Source: Candidatus Methylomirabilales bacterium (GTDB lineage: Bacteria; Methylomirabilota; Methylomirabilia; Methylomirabilales; JACPAU01). From it: 57,695 nt of DNA. Both the position numbers and the translations under genes were made by a program. The DNA lies in assembly GCA_050732195.1 (NCBI GenBank), contig JBOHQK010000128.1, forward strand, positions 1-57,695, written 5' to 3'. The notes below the pieces were generated by a model that saw only the letters and a list, made by a program, of their open reading frames with translations, searched no databases and was not told the origin of the DNA. Below are positions 39,053-46,919 of this stretch, piece after piece; positions within the stretch are counted from its first letter, which is position 1, and the number at the start of each line of letters is the position of its first letter.

Positions 39053-39128
39053 GGCCCTATAGCTCAGGGGACAGAGCGAGAGTTTCCTAAACTCTGCGTC
39101 GCAGGTTCGAGTCCTGCTAGGGCCACCA
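39053..39128 (+). tRNA. tRNA-Arg (anticodon CCT)
   Basis: Acceptor GGCCCTA/TAGGGCC, D arm GCTC-AGGGGACA-GAGC, anticodon arm AGAGT-TT CCT AA-ACTCT, T loop TTCGAGT, encoded CCA. Length 76 nt. Confidence 0.9.
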
Positions 39129-39164
39129 TCCCGGCCCGGGGGCGGGCCGGAGGGGATCGGGACG

Positions 39165-39884
39165 ATGGCGGCGCGAAGCGATGTCCGGGGGCCCGCGGGT
39201 GGGGCGGCCCCGCCGGGGGGGTGGGAAGCCTTCCGGCGGGGGGCCACCAGCCGGCGGAGCATCACGGGGCTGGGCGTGGCCCTCCTCGCGGCCCTGGTGC
39301 TCGGGGCGGGCCTGCTGGCGTATCGCGTGTACGCGGCGCGTCAGGAACTGAAGGCCCAGGCGCTCCTTGGGGAGGCCCTGAGCAAGGCCGAGAGCGTTAC
39401 GGAGGTGCTGCGGGGGGGGAAACCCGAGGACCTCAATCAGGAAGCGGCCCAGAAGGTCCTGGGTGCCCTCCAGAAGGTCCGGGAGGAGTACCCCAGGAGT
39501 CAGGCAGCCGGGTTTGCCCTCCTTCAGGTGGGGCACCTTGAGTACCGGCTTGGCCGGTACGCGGAGGCCGCCAGGACCTACGAGGCGTACCTCAGGGAGT
39601 ACCCCCGGGGCGCGTTTGTCTTCTGGGCGGCGATGGGGCAGGGCTACAGCCTGGAGGGACAGGGAGAGTGCGAGCGGGCCGCCCGGGTCTACGAGGCGGC
39701 CGCGGAGCGGCATGCCGGCACCCCCCTTGCGGCCGAGGCGCTGATGGGGGTCGGGCGGTGCTACGAGGCGCTCACGCGCGTGAGGGAGGCCCAGGTGATC
39801 TATACGGAGGTCGTCAAGAAGTACCCCGAGACCGTCTGGGGCTCCCTCGCGGAGCGGCGTCTGGCGTTTCTGGAGGCCTCCTAA
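39165..39884 (+). CDS. Membrane-anchored TPR-like protein (YfgM-like architecture)
   Basis: Single TM segment (ITGLGVALLAALVLGAGLLAY) followed by TPR-like helical repeats (FALLQVGHLEYRLGRYAEAARTYEAYLREYP, AAMGQGYSLEGQGECERAARVYEAAAERH, ALMGVGRCYEALTRVREAQVIYTEVVKKYP). Confidence 0.65.
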   Translation: MAARSDVRGPAGGAAPPGGWEAFRRGATSRRSITGLGVALLAALVLGAGLLAYRVYAARQELKAQALLGEALSKAESVTEVLRGGKPEDLNQEAAQKVLGALQKVREEYPRSQAAGFALLQVGHLEYRLGRYAEAARTYEAYLREYPRGAFVFWAAMGQGYSLEGQGECERAARVYEAAAERHAGTPLAAEALMGVGRCYEALTRVREAQVIYTEVVKKYPETVWGSLAERRLAFLEAS

Positions 39885-39944
39885 CGAACGGGGGAGGGGA
39901 GGTGGCATCCTGGAGCCGGGCGCCTAGCAGGCCCGAGATACATT

Positions 39945-39972
39945 TAGTCTGATAAGAGAGATTATGTAAAAT
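39945..39972. other. Candidate dif (XerC/XerD) chromosome-dimer resolution site
   Basis: TAGTCTGATAA-GAGAGA-TTATGTAAAAT. The right arm matches the XerD arms of E. coli dif (TTATGTTAAAT) and B. subtilis dif (TTATGTAAACT) at 10 of 11 positions each. The inner ATAA/TTAT dyad is conserved, while the left arm and centre are divergent. It lies in the convergent gap where gene orientation flips. Confidence 0.45.
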
Positions 39973-40173
39973 ACACGGTCTACCCACAACGCCTACCCCT
40001 CTCGGTCCGATATCCAGCCCTTCGCTCTCCCACCCGCGGCACGCTCCCTCTGGGCGCCGCCCCGCGTCGGGCCCCATCTCCTGCGGGTAAAGGAACAGGC
40101 CTGGCCACCGGACGATGGGCGGCGTTCCCCCTGTTCCCCTCCCGTACCATCCAGCGGCAAGCTATCCGGCGGC

Positions 40174-40205
40174 GAAAGAAAACGCCCCGGAGAATCCTCC
40201 GGGGC
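40174..40205 (-). terminator. Rho-independent terminator of the nuclease/HIT/cyclase transcription unit
   Basis: On the minus strand: GCCCCGGAG-gatt-CTCCGGGGC (perfect 9-bp stem) followed by GTTTTCTTTC, about 40 nt after the stop at 40245. Confidence 0.75.
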
Positions 40206-40244
40206 CTGCGAATCGCTCTCGTACCCTGGGCCCAGCCTACATCT

Positions 40245-40733
40245 TTACATCTTGTACCTGCCGAAGTCCTCGGGCTTCAGGTTCTCCAGCCACTCCCGCC
40301 AGCGATCCGCCTCTTCCTTCTCATCGCTGACCTCGATGGACTTGGCCTTCGTGACCACCTTCTCCGTGACGAAGATGGGGGCGTTCACCCGGAGGGCGAG
40401 GGCGATGGCGTCCGAGGGCCGGGAGTCGATGTTCACCACGTTCCCGTTGACGCTGATCTCGATGACGGCGAAGAAGGTGTTGTCCTTCAGGTCGTTCACC
40501 ACCACCTGCTGGACGCTGGCCCCGAGCCCGTCCAGGATGTTCTTGATGAGGTCGTGGGTCATGGGCCGGGGGGTGGAGATCTTCTCCAGCTCCAGCGCAA
40601 TGGCGTTCGCCTCGAAGATCCCGACCCAGATGGGGAGGGCCCGCTTGTCGTCGGCGTCCTTCAGGATGATGATGGGCATGTTGGTGAGAGGGTCCAGGGC
40701 GATCCCCCGGACGGTCATCTTGATCATCGTCAC
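40245..40733 (-). CDS. Bifunctional nuclease family protein (DUF151/BFN domain)
   Basis: VRGIALDPLTNMPIIILKDADDKRALPIWVGIFEANAIALELE...RPMTHDLIKNIL...VVNDLKDNTFFAVIEI...IDSRPSDAIALALRVNAPIFV matches the BFN family as I recall it. GTG 40733 overlaps the HIT stop (GTGA); ATG 40727 is an alternative start. Confidence 0.8.
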   Translation of the reverse strand: MTMIKMTVRGIALDPLTNMPIIILKDADDKRALPIWVGIFEANAIALELEKISTPRPMTHDLIKNILDGLGASVQQVVVNDLKDNTFFAVIEISVNGNVVNIDSRPSDAIALALRVNAPIFVTEKVVTKAKSIEVSDEKEEADRWREWLENLKPEDFGRYKM

Positions 40734-41230
40734 CGCCCTCCCTCACAGGGGGAGGCCGCGAACCGCGGGGCCAGCTTGGCGTAGGTGGCCGCCAGATGCT
40801 CGGGCATCACCTTGGTCTCCCCGATGACGGGCATGAAGTTCGTGTCGCCATTCCAGCGCGGGACCAGGTGGAGGTGCAGGTGCTCCTCCATGCCGGCCCC
40901 GGCCACCTTCCCCAGGTTCAACCCGATATTGAAACCGTCCGGGCGCAGCTCCTCCCGCAGGAGGACCTCGCTTCGCTGGACCCAGCGCATGATGTCGAGG
41001 AGCTCGTCGGGGGAGAGGTCGGCCAGGCGGTCGCAGTGCCGGTAGGGGGCGACCAGGAGATGCCCGTTGTTATAGGGGTAGAGGTTCATCAGGACGTACG
41101 CCCAACGCCCCCGGGCGAGGACCAGGTTTGCTGGGTCATCGGTCCCGGTAGCCTTCTCGCAGAGGACGCACCCGCCCTCCCGGGGGCCCGTGATGTAGGC
41201 CATCCGCCAGGGGGCCCAAAGGGTCTCCAT
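40730..41230 (-). CDS. HIT-family nucleotide hydrolase/phosphorylase (Ap4A-phosphorylase-like)
   Basis: WAPWRMAYI...CVLC...NLYPYNNGHLLVAPYRH...GFNIGLNLGKVAGAGMEEHLHLHLVPRW carries the histidine triad HLHLHLV. Confidence 0.85.
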   Translation of the reverse strand: METLWAPWRMAYITGPREGGCVLCEKATGTDDPANLVLARGRWAYVLMNLYPYNNGHLLVAPYRHCDRLADLSPDELLDIMRWVQRSEVLLREELRPDGFNIGLNLGKVAGAGMEEHLHLHLVPRWNGDTNFMPVIGETKVMPEHLAATYAKLAPRFAASPCEGGR

Positions 41231-41282
41231 GCTCCGGCCGTCCTCCGGGGCGCCGGCCCGCAAGGCCCCATTCCCTGCCCGC

Positions 41283-43118
41283 TTAGACGGCCACGATCCG
41301 GTAGACCGGGATCGAGCGGACCACGCCCTTAAACTTAGCATCGCCCACATACTCTATCAAGATGTTTTTTTCCAGAACGGGGTCGCGGAAGGAGTAGGTG
41401 GACCCCCGCTGGCCCTCCTGACGCTCCATCGGGACCGCCTGGGCCAGGGTGTCCACCGTGTCCTGGCTGGCGGCGATGCCGACGTTGTAGAGGACCCCCG
41501 TCCCGTCCACCCAGACCTCCGCCGGCTTCTCGGTCCCGGCCTGGAGGGGCGGCGGGGCCTCCCCCCCCTCGTCCTTCTCCTCCGGCCCCTTCCCCCCCGA
41601 GCCGCTCAGCCGGCCGGCAATGTTCACGTGGCGGCCGATGACGGTGGTGTCCATGGCGGTCTCGTCCAGGATGAAGCGCGCGACCTGGGCCCGCCCGGTA
41701 TGCAGGCTGATCCCCATCTGGAAGCGGGTCTTCCCCTCCTTCCGGAATCGGGCCATGAGCTCCTGGAGCGCGACGGCGGTCCGGACGGCGTTCAGTTCGT
41801 CCTGCTTGCTGACCGTCGTCGTGCCGAAGGTGATCATCACCCCGTCGCCGGTGAACTTGTCAATGTTCCCCTGGAAGCGCTTCACGATGCCGGCCAGGGG
41901 GTCAAAGACCGCGTAGAGGTGTTGGGTTAGCTCCCCCTCCGACACGGCCCCCTCCGAGGTCCGGGTGAACCCCCGCAGATCCGCGAACAGGATCGTGACC
42001 TTCCGGGCGCTGTTCAGGACCTCGAGGGATTCGTGGAACCGGTAGAGGCGGCCCTCCGCGAAGAGCTGCTTCAGCTGCCGGTCGTCCAGCCCCGGGGGGA
42101 TGAGGGTGATCCCCTGGCGCAGCAGGTCTATGACCTCCGTCCGCCGGACGGCATCCACCAGGTCCAGGTAATCGGCCACGAGCTCCCCCCAGCCCCCCCG
42201 CCGCTCGGCCCCCTGGCGCAGCGTGCGGCTCGCCCGGAGCGTCTCGCCGGTCCCCTCGTAGTCCGTGAAGAGGTACGTGAGGACATGGGGGTTGAACAGG
42301 ATCTTTTGCTCCGCCTTGTCCTCCCCATACTGGTTCGAGGGGAGGCCGGGCAGACGTTGGGCCAGGAGGTTCAGGAGTCGGGTCTCCCGTCGTGCCAGGC
42401 CGGCCCGCAGGCGGCCCCGGCAGATCCCCCAGATCTCCTTGTACTCGGGGAAGGTGAGCCGAAACCGCTTGTTCTGGTCGATCAGGACGGCGGTCAGGTT
42501 GAGCTGGGCGATGCTGGGCTCGGTGAGGGGAAGCTGGTCGTCGAAGATACTCTCGATGAGGCTCTGGTTGAAGTCGTCCCCCAGGTTGTACCGGAGGCGC
42601 TCCGGGGCCGCGCCCCGGAACCGCTGCCAGACCATCCGGTGGGCGTTCCGGTAGAAGCCCCGCAGGAGGGGGTGCATCTGGTACTTGATGTGTCCCTTCG
42701 GCCGCTCGCGTCGGAAGAACTCCTCGACGACCTCGGCCACCTCCTTGGAGTGGGCGAGCCAGAAGAGGTTCAGGAGCCCCAGCCGGCGCTCGTTGGCGAT
42801 GATGTTGGAGGTGATCTCGGTGAGGAGGGTGAGGTAGGCAGCCTGGGCGTGGTCGCCGGCGGCGCCGGGGGTCGTGCCCGGCCGGGGGTCGGGGATCCGT
42901 CGCTCCGCCAGGGACTCGTAGGTGGCAGCGATGAAGGCGGCCGCCCGGACCTTCAGGCCGGAGTGGAGTTCCACCACCAGGATCGGGTCCGCGCCGGTGG
43001 CGGTGTGGCCCTCCGGGAGCCGGGGAAGGTTCGTCCCAAAGAGCTCGGCGGCCTCCTCCAGCCGTCCCTCGATGAATCGCGTGACCCGCCTGCCCGCCCC
43101 GTGTACGAGGATGCGCAT
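41283..43118 (-). CDS. Class III adenylate/guanylate cyclase with a ~370-aa uncharacterised N-terminal region
   Basis: From about aa 373: VTILFADLRGFTRTSE...FDPLAGIVKRFQGNIDKFTGDGVMITFG...AVALQELM...MGISLHTGRAQVARF...TVIGRHVNIAGRL is a class III cyclase catalytic domain. The N-terminal region has no TM segment and no PAS/GAF/HAMP/CHASE pattern that I can recognise. Confidence 0.85.
   Translation of the reverse strand: MRILVHGAGRRVTRFIEGRLEEAAELFGTNLPRLPEGHTATGADPILVVELHSGLKVRAAAFIAATYESLAERRIPDPRPGTTPGAAGDHAQAAYLTLLTEITSNIIANERRLGLLNLFWLAHSKEVAEVVEEFFRRERPKGHIKYQMHPLLRGFYRNAHRMVWQRFRGAAPERLRYNLGDDFNQSLIESIFDDQLPLTEPSIAQLNLTAVLIDQNKRFRLTFPEYKEIWGICRGRLRAGLARRETRLLNLLAQRLPGLPSNQYGEDKAEQKILFNPHVLTYLFTDYEGTGETLRASRTLRQGAERRGGWGELVADYLDLVDAVRRTEVIDLLRQGITLIPPGLDDRQLKQLFAEGRLYRFHESLEVLNSARKVTILFADLRGFTRTSEGAVSEGELTQHLYAVFDPLAGIVKRFQGNIDKFTGDGVMITFGTTTVSKQDELNAVRTAVALQELMARFRKEGKTRFQMGISLHTGRAQVARFILDETAMDTTVIGRHVNIAGRLSGSGGKGPEEKDEGGEAPPPLQAGTEKPAEVWVDGTGVLYNVGIAASQDTVDTLAQAVPMERQEGQRGSTYSFRDPVLEKNILIEYVGDAKFKGVVRSIPVYRIVAV
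41332..41360 (-). promoter_or_regulatory. Candidate sigma70-type promoter for the HIT/nuclease genes, inside the cyclase 3' end
   Basis: On the minus strand: TTGATA (41360-41355), a 17-nt spacer, then TAAGTT (41337-41332), within a local AT-rich patch. Confidence 0.4.
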
Positions 43119-43218
43119 CCGTGCCGTCCGCCGCCCCGGGCGGCGCGCCCGGCCCCACCCCAAACGCAGGGCACCCCGGCCCCTGCTTCCCTGCCGTCGG
43201 CCGCCGCCCCGGTCCCCC

Positions 43219-43500
43219 TCAGCTATCCACGAGGGCCTTCAGTTCCTTCCCCGGCTTGAAATAGGGAACCTTCTTGGCGGGGACGCTCACCGGCTTGCCC
43301 GTCTGGGGGTTGCGGCCCTGCCGGGCCTCCCGGCGACGGACCCGGAAGCTCCCGAAGCCCCGCAGTTCCACCTTCCCGTCGGTGGCGGAGGCCAGGGCCT
43401 GGGCAATGCTCTTGAAGATCGTGTCGATGACGACCTCGGTCTCCTTCTTCGTCAGATTGACCGTCGTGGCCACCCGCTCCACCAGGTCCGCCCTCGTCAT
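43219..43500 (-). CDS. ihfB: Integration host factor subunit beta
   Basis: MTRADLVERVA...VELRGFGSFRVRRREARQGRNPQTGKPVSVPAKKVPYFKPGKELKALV. It lies downstream of rpsA in the same gene string (separated from it here by sppA), echoing the classical cmk-rpsA-ihfB arrangement. Confidence 0.85.
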   Translation of the reverse strand: MTRADLVERVATTVNLTKKETEVVIDTIFKSIAQALASATDGKVELRGFGSFRVRRREARQGRNPQTGKPVSVPAKKVPYFKPGKELKALVDS

Positions 43501-43557
43501 GGATGAGTCCTCCCTCGGAGCCAAGGGTCCGTTCTGGGGCCGGCCGCCCCGTGGCGG

Positions 43558-44448
43558 CTACGGGAGATGAAAGAGGTAGGCGAGGGTGAGCGACGGGCTC
43601 GAGCCGGGCAGGCCCCAGGGCTCGGCCAGCTGCCAGCCGGTCAGGAGGCGCAGGAGGGAGAAGCGCGGCTTCTCGATCTGGGTCACCGCCGGCGAGCCCG
43701 GGATGCCAGCCAGGGCCCCGGCTCGAACCAGGGCGTCCTGGAGGTTCCCCAGCTCATCCACCAGCCCCAGCTCCTGGGCCTGCCGCCCGCTGAAGATCCG
43801 CCCGTCCGCGAGCTGCTCCACCCGCCGTCGCTCCAGCTTCCGGCTGTCGGCGACTGCCTGGATGAACTGGTCGTGGACATCGTCCAGCACGCTCTGGAGA
43901 ATGCGCCGCTCGTCCGGGGTGAGTTCGCGGGTCCCGGAGGCTATGTCCTTGTACGCGCCGCTCTTGACCACCACGGACCGGATGCCGATCTTCTGGAGCA
44001 ACTCCCCGAAATTCGGGATCTGCATGATGACGCCGATACTGCCGGTGATGGTCCCGGGGTTCGCCAGGATGCGGTCGGCGGCGCTGGCCACGTAGTACCC
44101 GCCCGAGGCGGCCAGGGAGCCCATGGAGGCCACGACCGGTTTGCCGTGCACCCGCCGGAGCTTGAGGAGCTCCTCGTAGATCTCCTGGGAGGCGGCGACA
44201 CCGCCGCCCGGGCTATTGATCCGGATGAGGAAGGCGCGGACGGTGGGGTTCTGCAGGTGGCGCTCCAGTTGATCGGTGATCTCCTTAGAGTCCAGGATGA
44301 CCCCCTCGATTTCCACCAGGGCCACCTTGGGCCCCCCCAAGGTTTCCCGGATACCGGTCAGGTAGGCAACGGCGAAGACGGCGGCAAAGAAGAGGAGACC
44401 CGCTCCCCCCACCACCGCCAACGCACGCAGCACCGATCGTCGCGCCAT
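43558..44448 (-). CDS. sppA: Signal peptide peptidase SppA, 36K type
   Basis: TM anchor, then INSPGGGVAASQEIYEEL...VASMGSLAASGGYYVASAADRILANPGTITGSIGV (catalytic Ser context) and DIASGTRELTPDE. Confidence 0.9.
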   Translation of the reverse strand: MARRSVLRALAVVGGAGLLFFAAVFAVAYLTGIRETLGGPKVALVEIEGVILDSKEITDQLERHLQNPTVRAFLIRINSPGGGVAASQEIYEELLKLRRVHGKPVVASMGSLAASGGYYVASAADRILANPGTITGSIGVIMQIPNFGELLQKIGIRSVVVKSGAYKDIASGTRELTPDERRILQSVLDDVHDQFIQAVADSRKLERRRVEQLADGRIFSGRQAQELGLVDELGNLQDALVRAGALAGIPGSPAVTQIEKPRFSLLRLLTGWQLAEPWGLPGSSPSLTLAYLFHLP

Positions 44449-44469
44449 ACGCCCTGCTCCTCCGGGCCC

Positions 44470-46167
44470 CTACCGCCGGCGCAACTCGTCCTCGTCCACC
44501 TCCGCAGCCGCCCGCGCTTCCCGGTAGGCCCGGAGGCTGAGGCCGATCTTCCGCTCGTCGGCATCCAGCTTGATGATCTTCATGGTGAGCTCGTCCCCCA
44601 CCTGCACCACGTCCTCCGGCTTATTGACCCGGCCCTCGCTCAGCTCGGAGACGTGCAGGAGCCCCTCGATGCCGTCGGGTAGCTCCACGAAGGCCCCGAA
44701 GTCGGTGAGCCGGACCACCTTTCCGGTCACGTCCATCCCCACCCGGTAGCGCTCCGGCACCGTCGTCTGCCAAGGATCGGGCTGGCACTGCTTGAGGCCG
44801 AGGGAGATGCGGCGGTTGTGCCGGTCCACGTGCAGGACCAGCGCCTCGACCTTGTCCCCCTTCTTCAGCAGCTCCGAGGGGTGGCGGACCCGCTTGGTCC
44901 AGGACATGTCCGACACGTGGATGAGGCCGTCGATGCCATCCTCCAGTTCCGCGAAGGCGCCGAAGTCGGCCAGGTTCCGGACCTTCCCCTCCACCCGGGT
45001 GCCGACCGGGTACCGCTCCTCGATGAAATTCCAGGGGTTGGGCTCCACCTGCTTCATGCCCAGGGAGATCCGCTTGGCCTGCTTGTCAATGTCCAGGACC
45101 ATCACCTCGATGATGTCGCCGATGGACACCACCTTGGAGGGGTGCTTGACCCGCTGGGTCCAGGACATCTCGGAGATGTGGACCAGTCCCTCCACCCCCG
45201 CCTCCAGTTCGACGAAGGCGCCGTAGTCCACGAGGGAGACCACCTTCCCCTTCACCTTGGAGCCCACGGGGAACCGCTGGTCGGCCGTCTCCCACGGGTC
45301 CGCCAACCGCTGCTTGTACCCGAGGGAGATCCGCTCCGTGGTCCGGTCGAACTTCAAGACCACCACCTCGATCTCATCTCCCACCTGGAAGAGTTCCGTC
45401 GGGTGGTTCAGCCGCCCCCAGGACATGTCCGTGATGTGGAGCAGCCCATCCAGGCCTCCCAGGTCCACGAAGGCGCCGTACTCGGTAATGTTCTTGATCT
45501 TGCCCCGGAAGACCTTCCCCTCCTCCAGGGTGGCGAGGGTCTGGGCCTTGAGGGCCTTCCGCTCCTCTTCGAGGAGTTCCCGGCGGGAGAGGACGATGTT
45601 CCCACGCTTCTGGTTGAGCTTGATGATTTTCATGGGGAAGGTCTTGCCCATGAGCCGGTCCAGGTCCCGCGCCGGGCGGAGATCCACCTGCGATCCCGGA
45701 AGGAAGGCGCGGACGCCGATGTCCACCATCAGGCCTCCCTTGGTCTTCCCCACGATAGTCCCGTTGACCGCCCCCCCCTGTTCGTAGACCCGGCTGATCT
45801 GCTCCCAGATCTTGATCTTCTCCGCCTTCTCCCGGGAGAGGACGATGAGACCCTCGCTGTCTTCCTTCGACTCCAGATAGACATCCACCAGGTCCCCGAC
45901 CTTCACCGCCACCTCCCCCTGGGGGGTGGGGAACTCCTTCAGGGGGACCGAGCCCTCGGACTTGTAGCCGATGTCAATGAGCACCGCGTCCGCCGTGACT
46001 TCGACCACCCGCCCCCTCACGATCTCTCCCTCGGCGATGTCCTTGAAGGTCTGATCGTAGATGGCCTGCATCTCCGCCGTCTGTTCGGCGGAGCGGGGAT
46101 CGTAATCCGGGTCGGTCGGGGAAAGGGAAGGTCTGGGCATCTTCGTCGTCGTCCGTGGCGCGGGCAT
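44470..46167 (-). CDS. rpsA: 30S ribosomal protein S1
   Basis: Six S1 repeats (GEIVRGRVVEVTADAVLIDIGYKSEGSVP, GTIVGKTKGGLMVDIGVRAFLPGS, FRGKIKNITEYGAFVDLGGLDGLLHITD, and others). ATG 46167 follows GGAGGAGG and gives 565 aa. The longer upstream ORF overlaps plsC. Confidence 0.9.
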   Translation of the reverse strand: MPAPRTTTKMPRPSLSPTDPDYDPRSAEQTAEMQAIYDQTFKDIAEGEIVRGRVVEVTADAVLIDIGYKSEGSVPLKEFPTPQGEVAVKVGDLVDVYLESKEDSEGLIVLSREKAEKIKIWEQISRVYEQGGAVNGTIVGKTKGGLMVDIGVRAFLPGSQVDLRPARDLDRLMGKTFPMKIIKLNQKRGNIVLSRRELLEEERKALKAQTLATLEEGKVFRGKIKNITEYGAFVDLGGLDGLLHITDMSWGRLNHPTELFQVGDEIEVVVLKFDRTTERISLGYKQRLADPWETADQRFPVGSKVKGKVVSLVDYGAFVELEAGVEGLVHISEMSWTQRVKHPSKVVSIGDIIEVMVLDIDKQAKRISLGMKQVEPNPWNFIEERYPVGTRVEGKVRNLADFGAFAELEDGIDGLIHVSDMSWTKRVRHPSELLKKGDKVEALVLHVDRHNRRISLGLKQCQPDPWQTTVPERYRVGMDVTGKVVRLTDFGAFVELPDGIEGLLHVSELSEGRVNKPEDVVQVGDELTMKIIKLDADERKIGLSLRAYREARAAAEVDEDELRRR

Positions 46168-46190
46168 CTGCGGTGGCACCTCCTCCGGGG

Positions 46191-46841
46191 TTACGGGGAA
46201 CGCCTCTCCGATGGGGCTCCGTGAAGCACGGGCCGCTGCGCGCCCGCCTGCAGGCGCGCGATGGCCTCCATGATCTCCTGGCTGGCTGCCTCGTAAGGCT
46301 CCCGCCCCTCCCCCGCGGCCTGCCGGAACACGAGGGGCGGCCCGATCCACACCCGGACCGCCGCCGGGCGGGGCACCCGGGCCCCCCGGGGCATCACGGC
46401 TGCTGTCCCCTCGAGGTAGATGGGGACCACGGGGCAGCCGCTCCGCAGGGCGAGCATCCCCGCGCCAGCCTTCCCCGACTGCAAGTGCCGGCCATCCCCC
46501 CGGGTCCCCTCGGGGAAAACCAGGAGACACTCCCCCTTCCGGAGGAGCGCCAGGGACCGCTTGAACGCGGACGGGTCTGCCTGGCCGCGGCTGATGGGAA
46601 ACACCTGGATCCGGCGCAGGAACCACCCGAAAACGGGGTGCCGGAACAGCTCCTCCTTCGCCATATAGTGGAGTTTCCGGTGGATGGAGGAGCCGACCAC
46701 CACCGGATCCACGTTGCTCACATGGTTCGCTGCGAGGATGATGGCCCCCTGCGCCGGCACATGCTCGCGTCCCACGACCTGGAGCCGGCAGAACACCTTG
46801 AGCGCCAGGAGGGCCAGCGCCCGGACGAGCGTGTAAAGCAT
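46191..46841 (-). CDS. plsC: 1-acyl-sn-glycerol-3-phosphate acyltransferase
   Basis: ILAANHVSNVDPVVV (HX4D motif) and LLVFPEGTRG. ATG 46841 (MLYTLVRAL...). Confidence 0.85.
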   Translation of the reverse strand: MLYTLVRALALLALKVFCRLQVVGREHVPAQGAIILAANHVSNVDPVVVGSSIHRKLHYMAKEELFRHPVFGWFLRRIQVFPISRGQADPSAFKRSLALLRKGECLLVFPEGTRGDGRHLQSGKAGAGMLALRSGCPVVPIYLEGTAAVMPRGARVPRPAAVRVWIGPPLVFRQAAGEGREPYEAASQEIMEAIARLQAGAQRPVLHGAPSERRSP

Positions 46842-46872
46842 CCGCGCTATCCTCGCGCTGCCAAAGCGTTTT

Positions 46873-46901
46873 ATCCTAGCCGCGCCCGCGCCGCTTGGCA
46901 A
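46873..46901 (-). promoter_or_regulatory. Candidate sigma70-type promoter upstream of plsC
   Basis: On the minus strand: TTGCCA (46901-46896), a 17-nt spacer, then TAGGAT (46878-46873). Confidence 0.4.
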
Positions 46902-46919
46902 GCAAAAAATCGCCCGGCG

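Noticed and set aside
39944-39972. Sigma70 promoter reading TTAGTC-17-TAAAAT in the convergent gap, pointing to an orphan promoter or sRNA.
   Set aside because: The same bases are better explained as a dif-like XerC/XerD site. There is no downstream plus-strand gene or terminator. The only ORF (40115-40330) is Pro-rich and runs into the opposing terminator and nuclease gene. A transcript cannot be excluded without RNA data.
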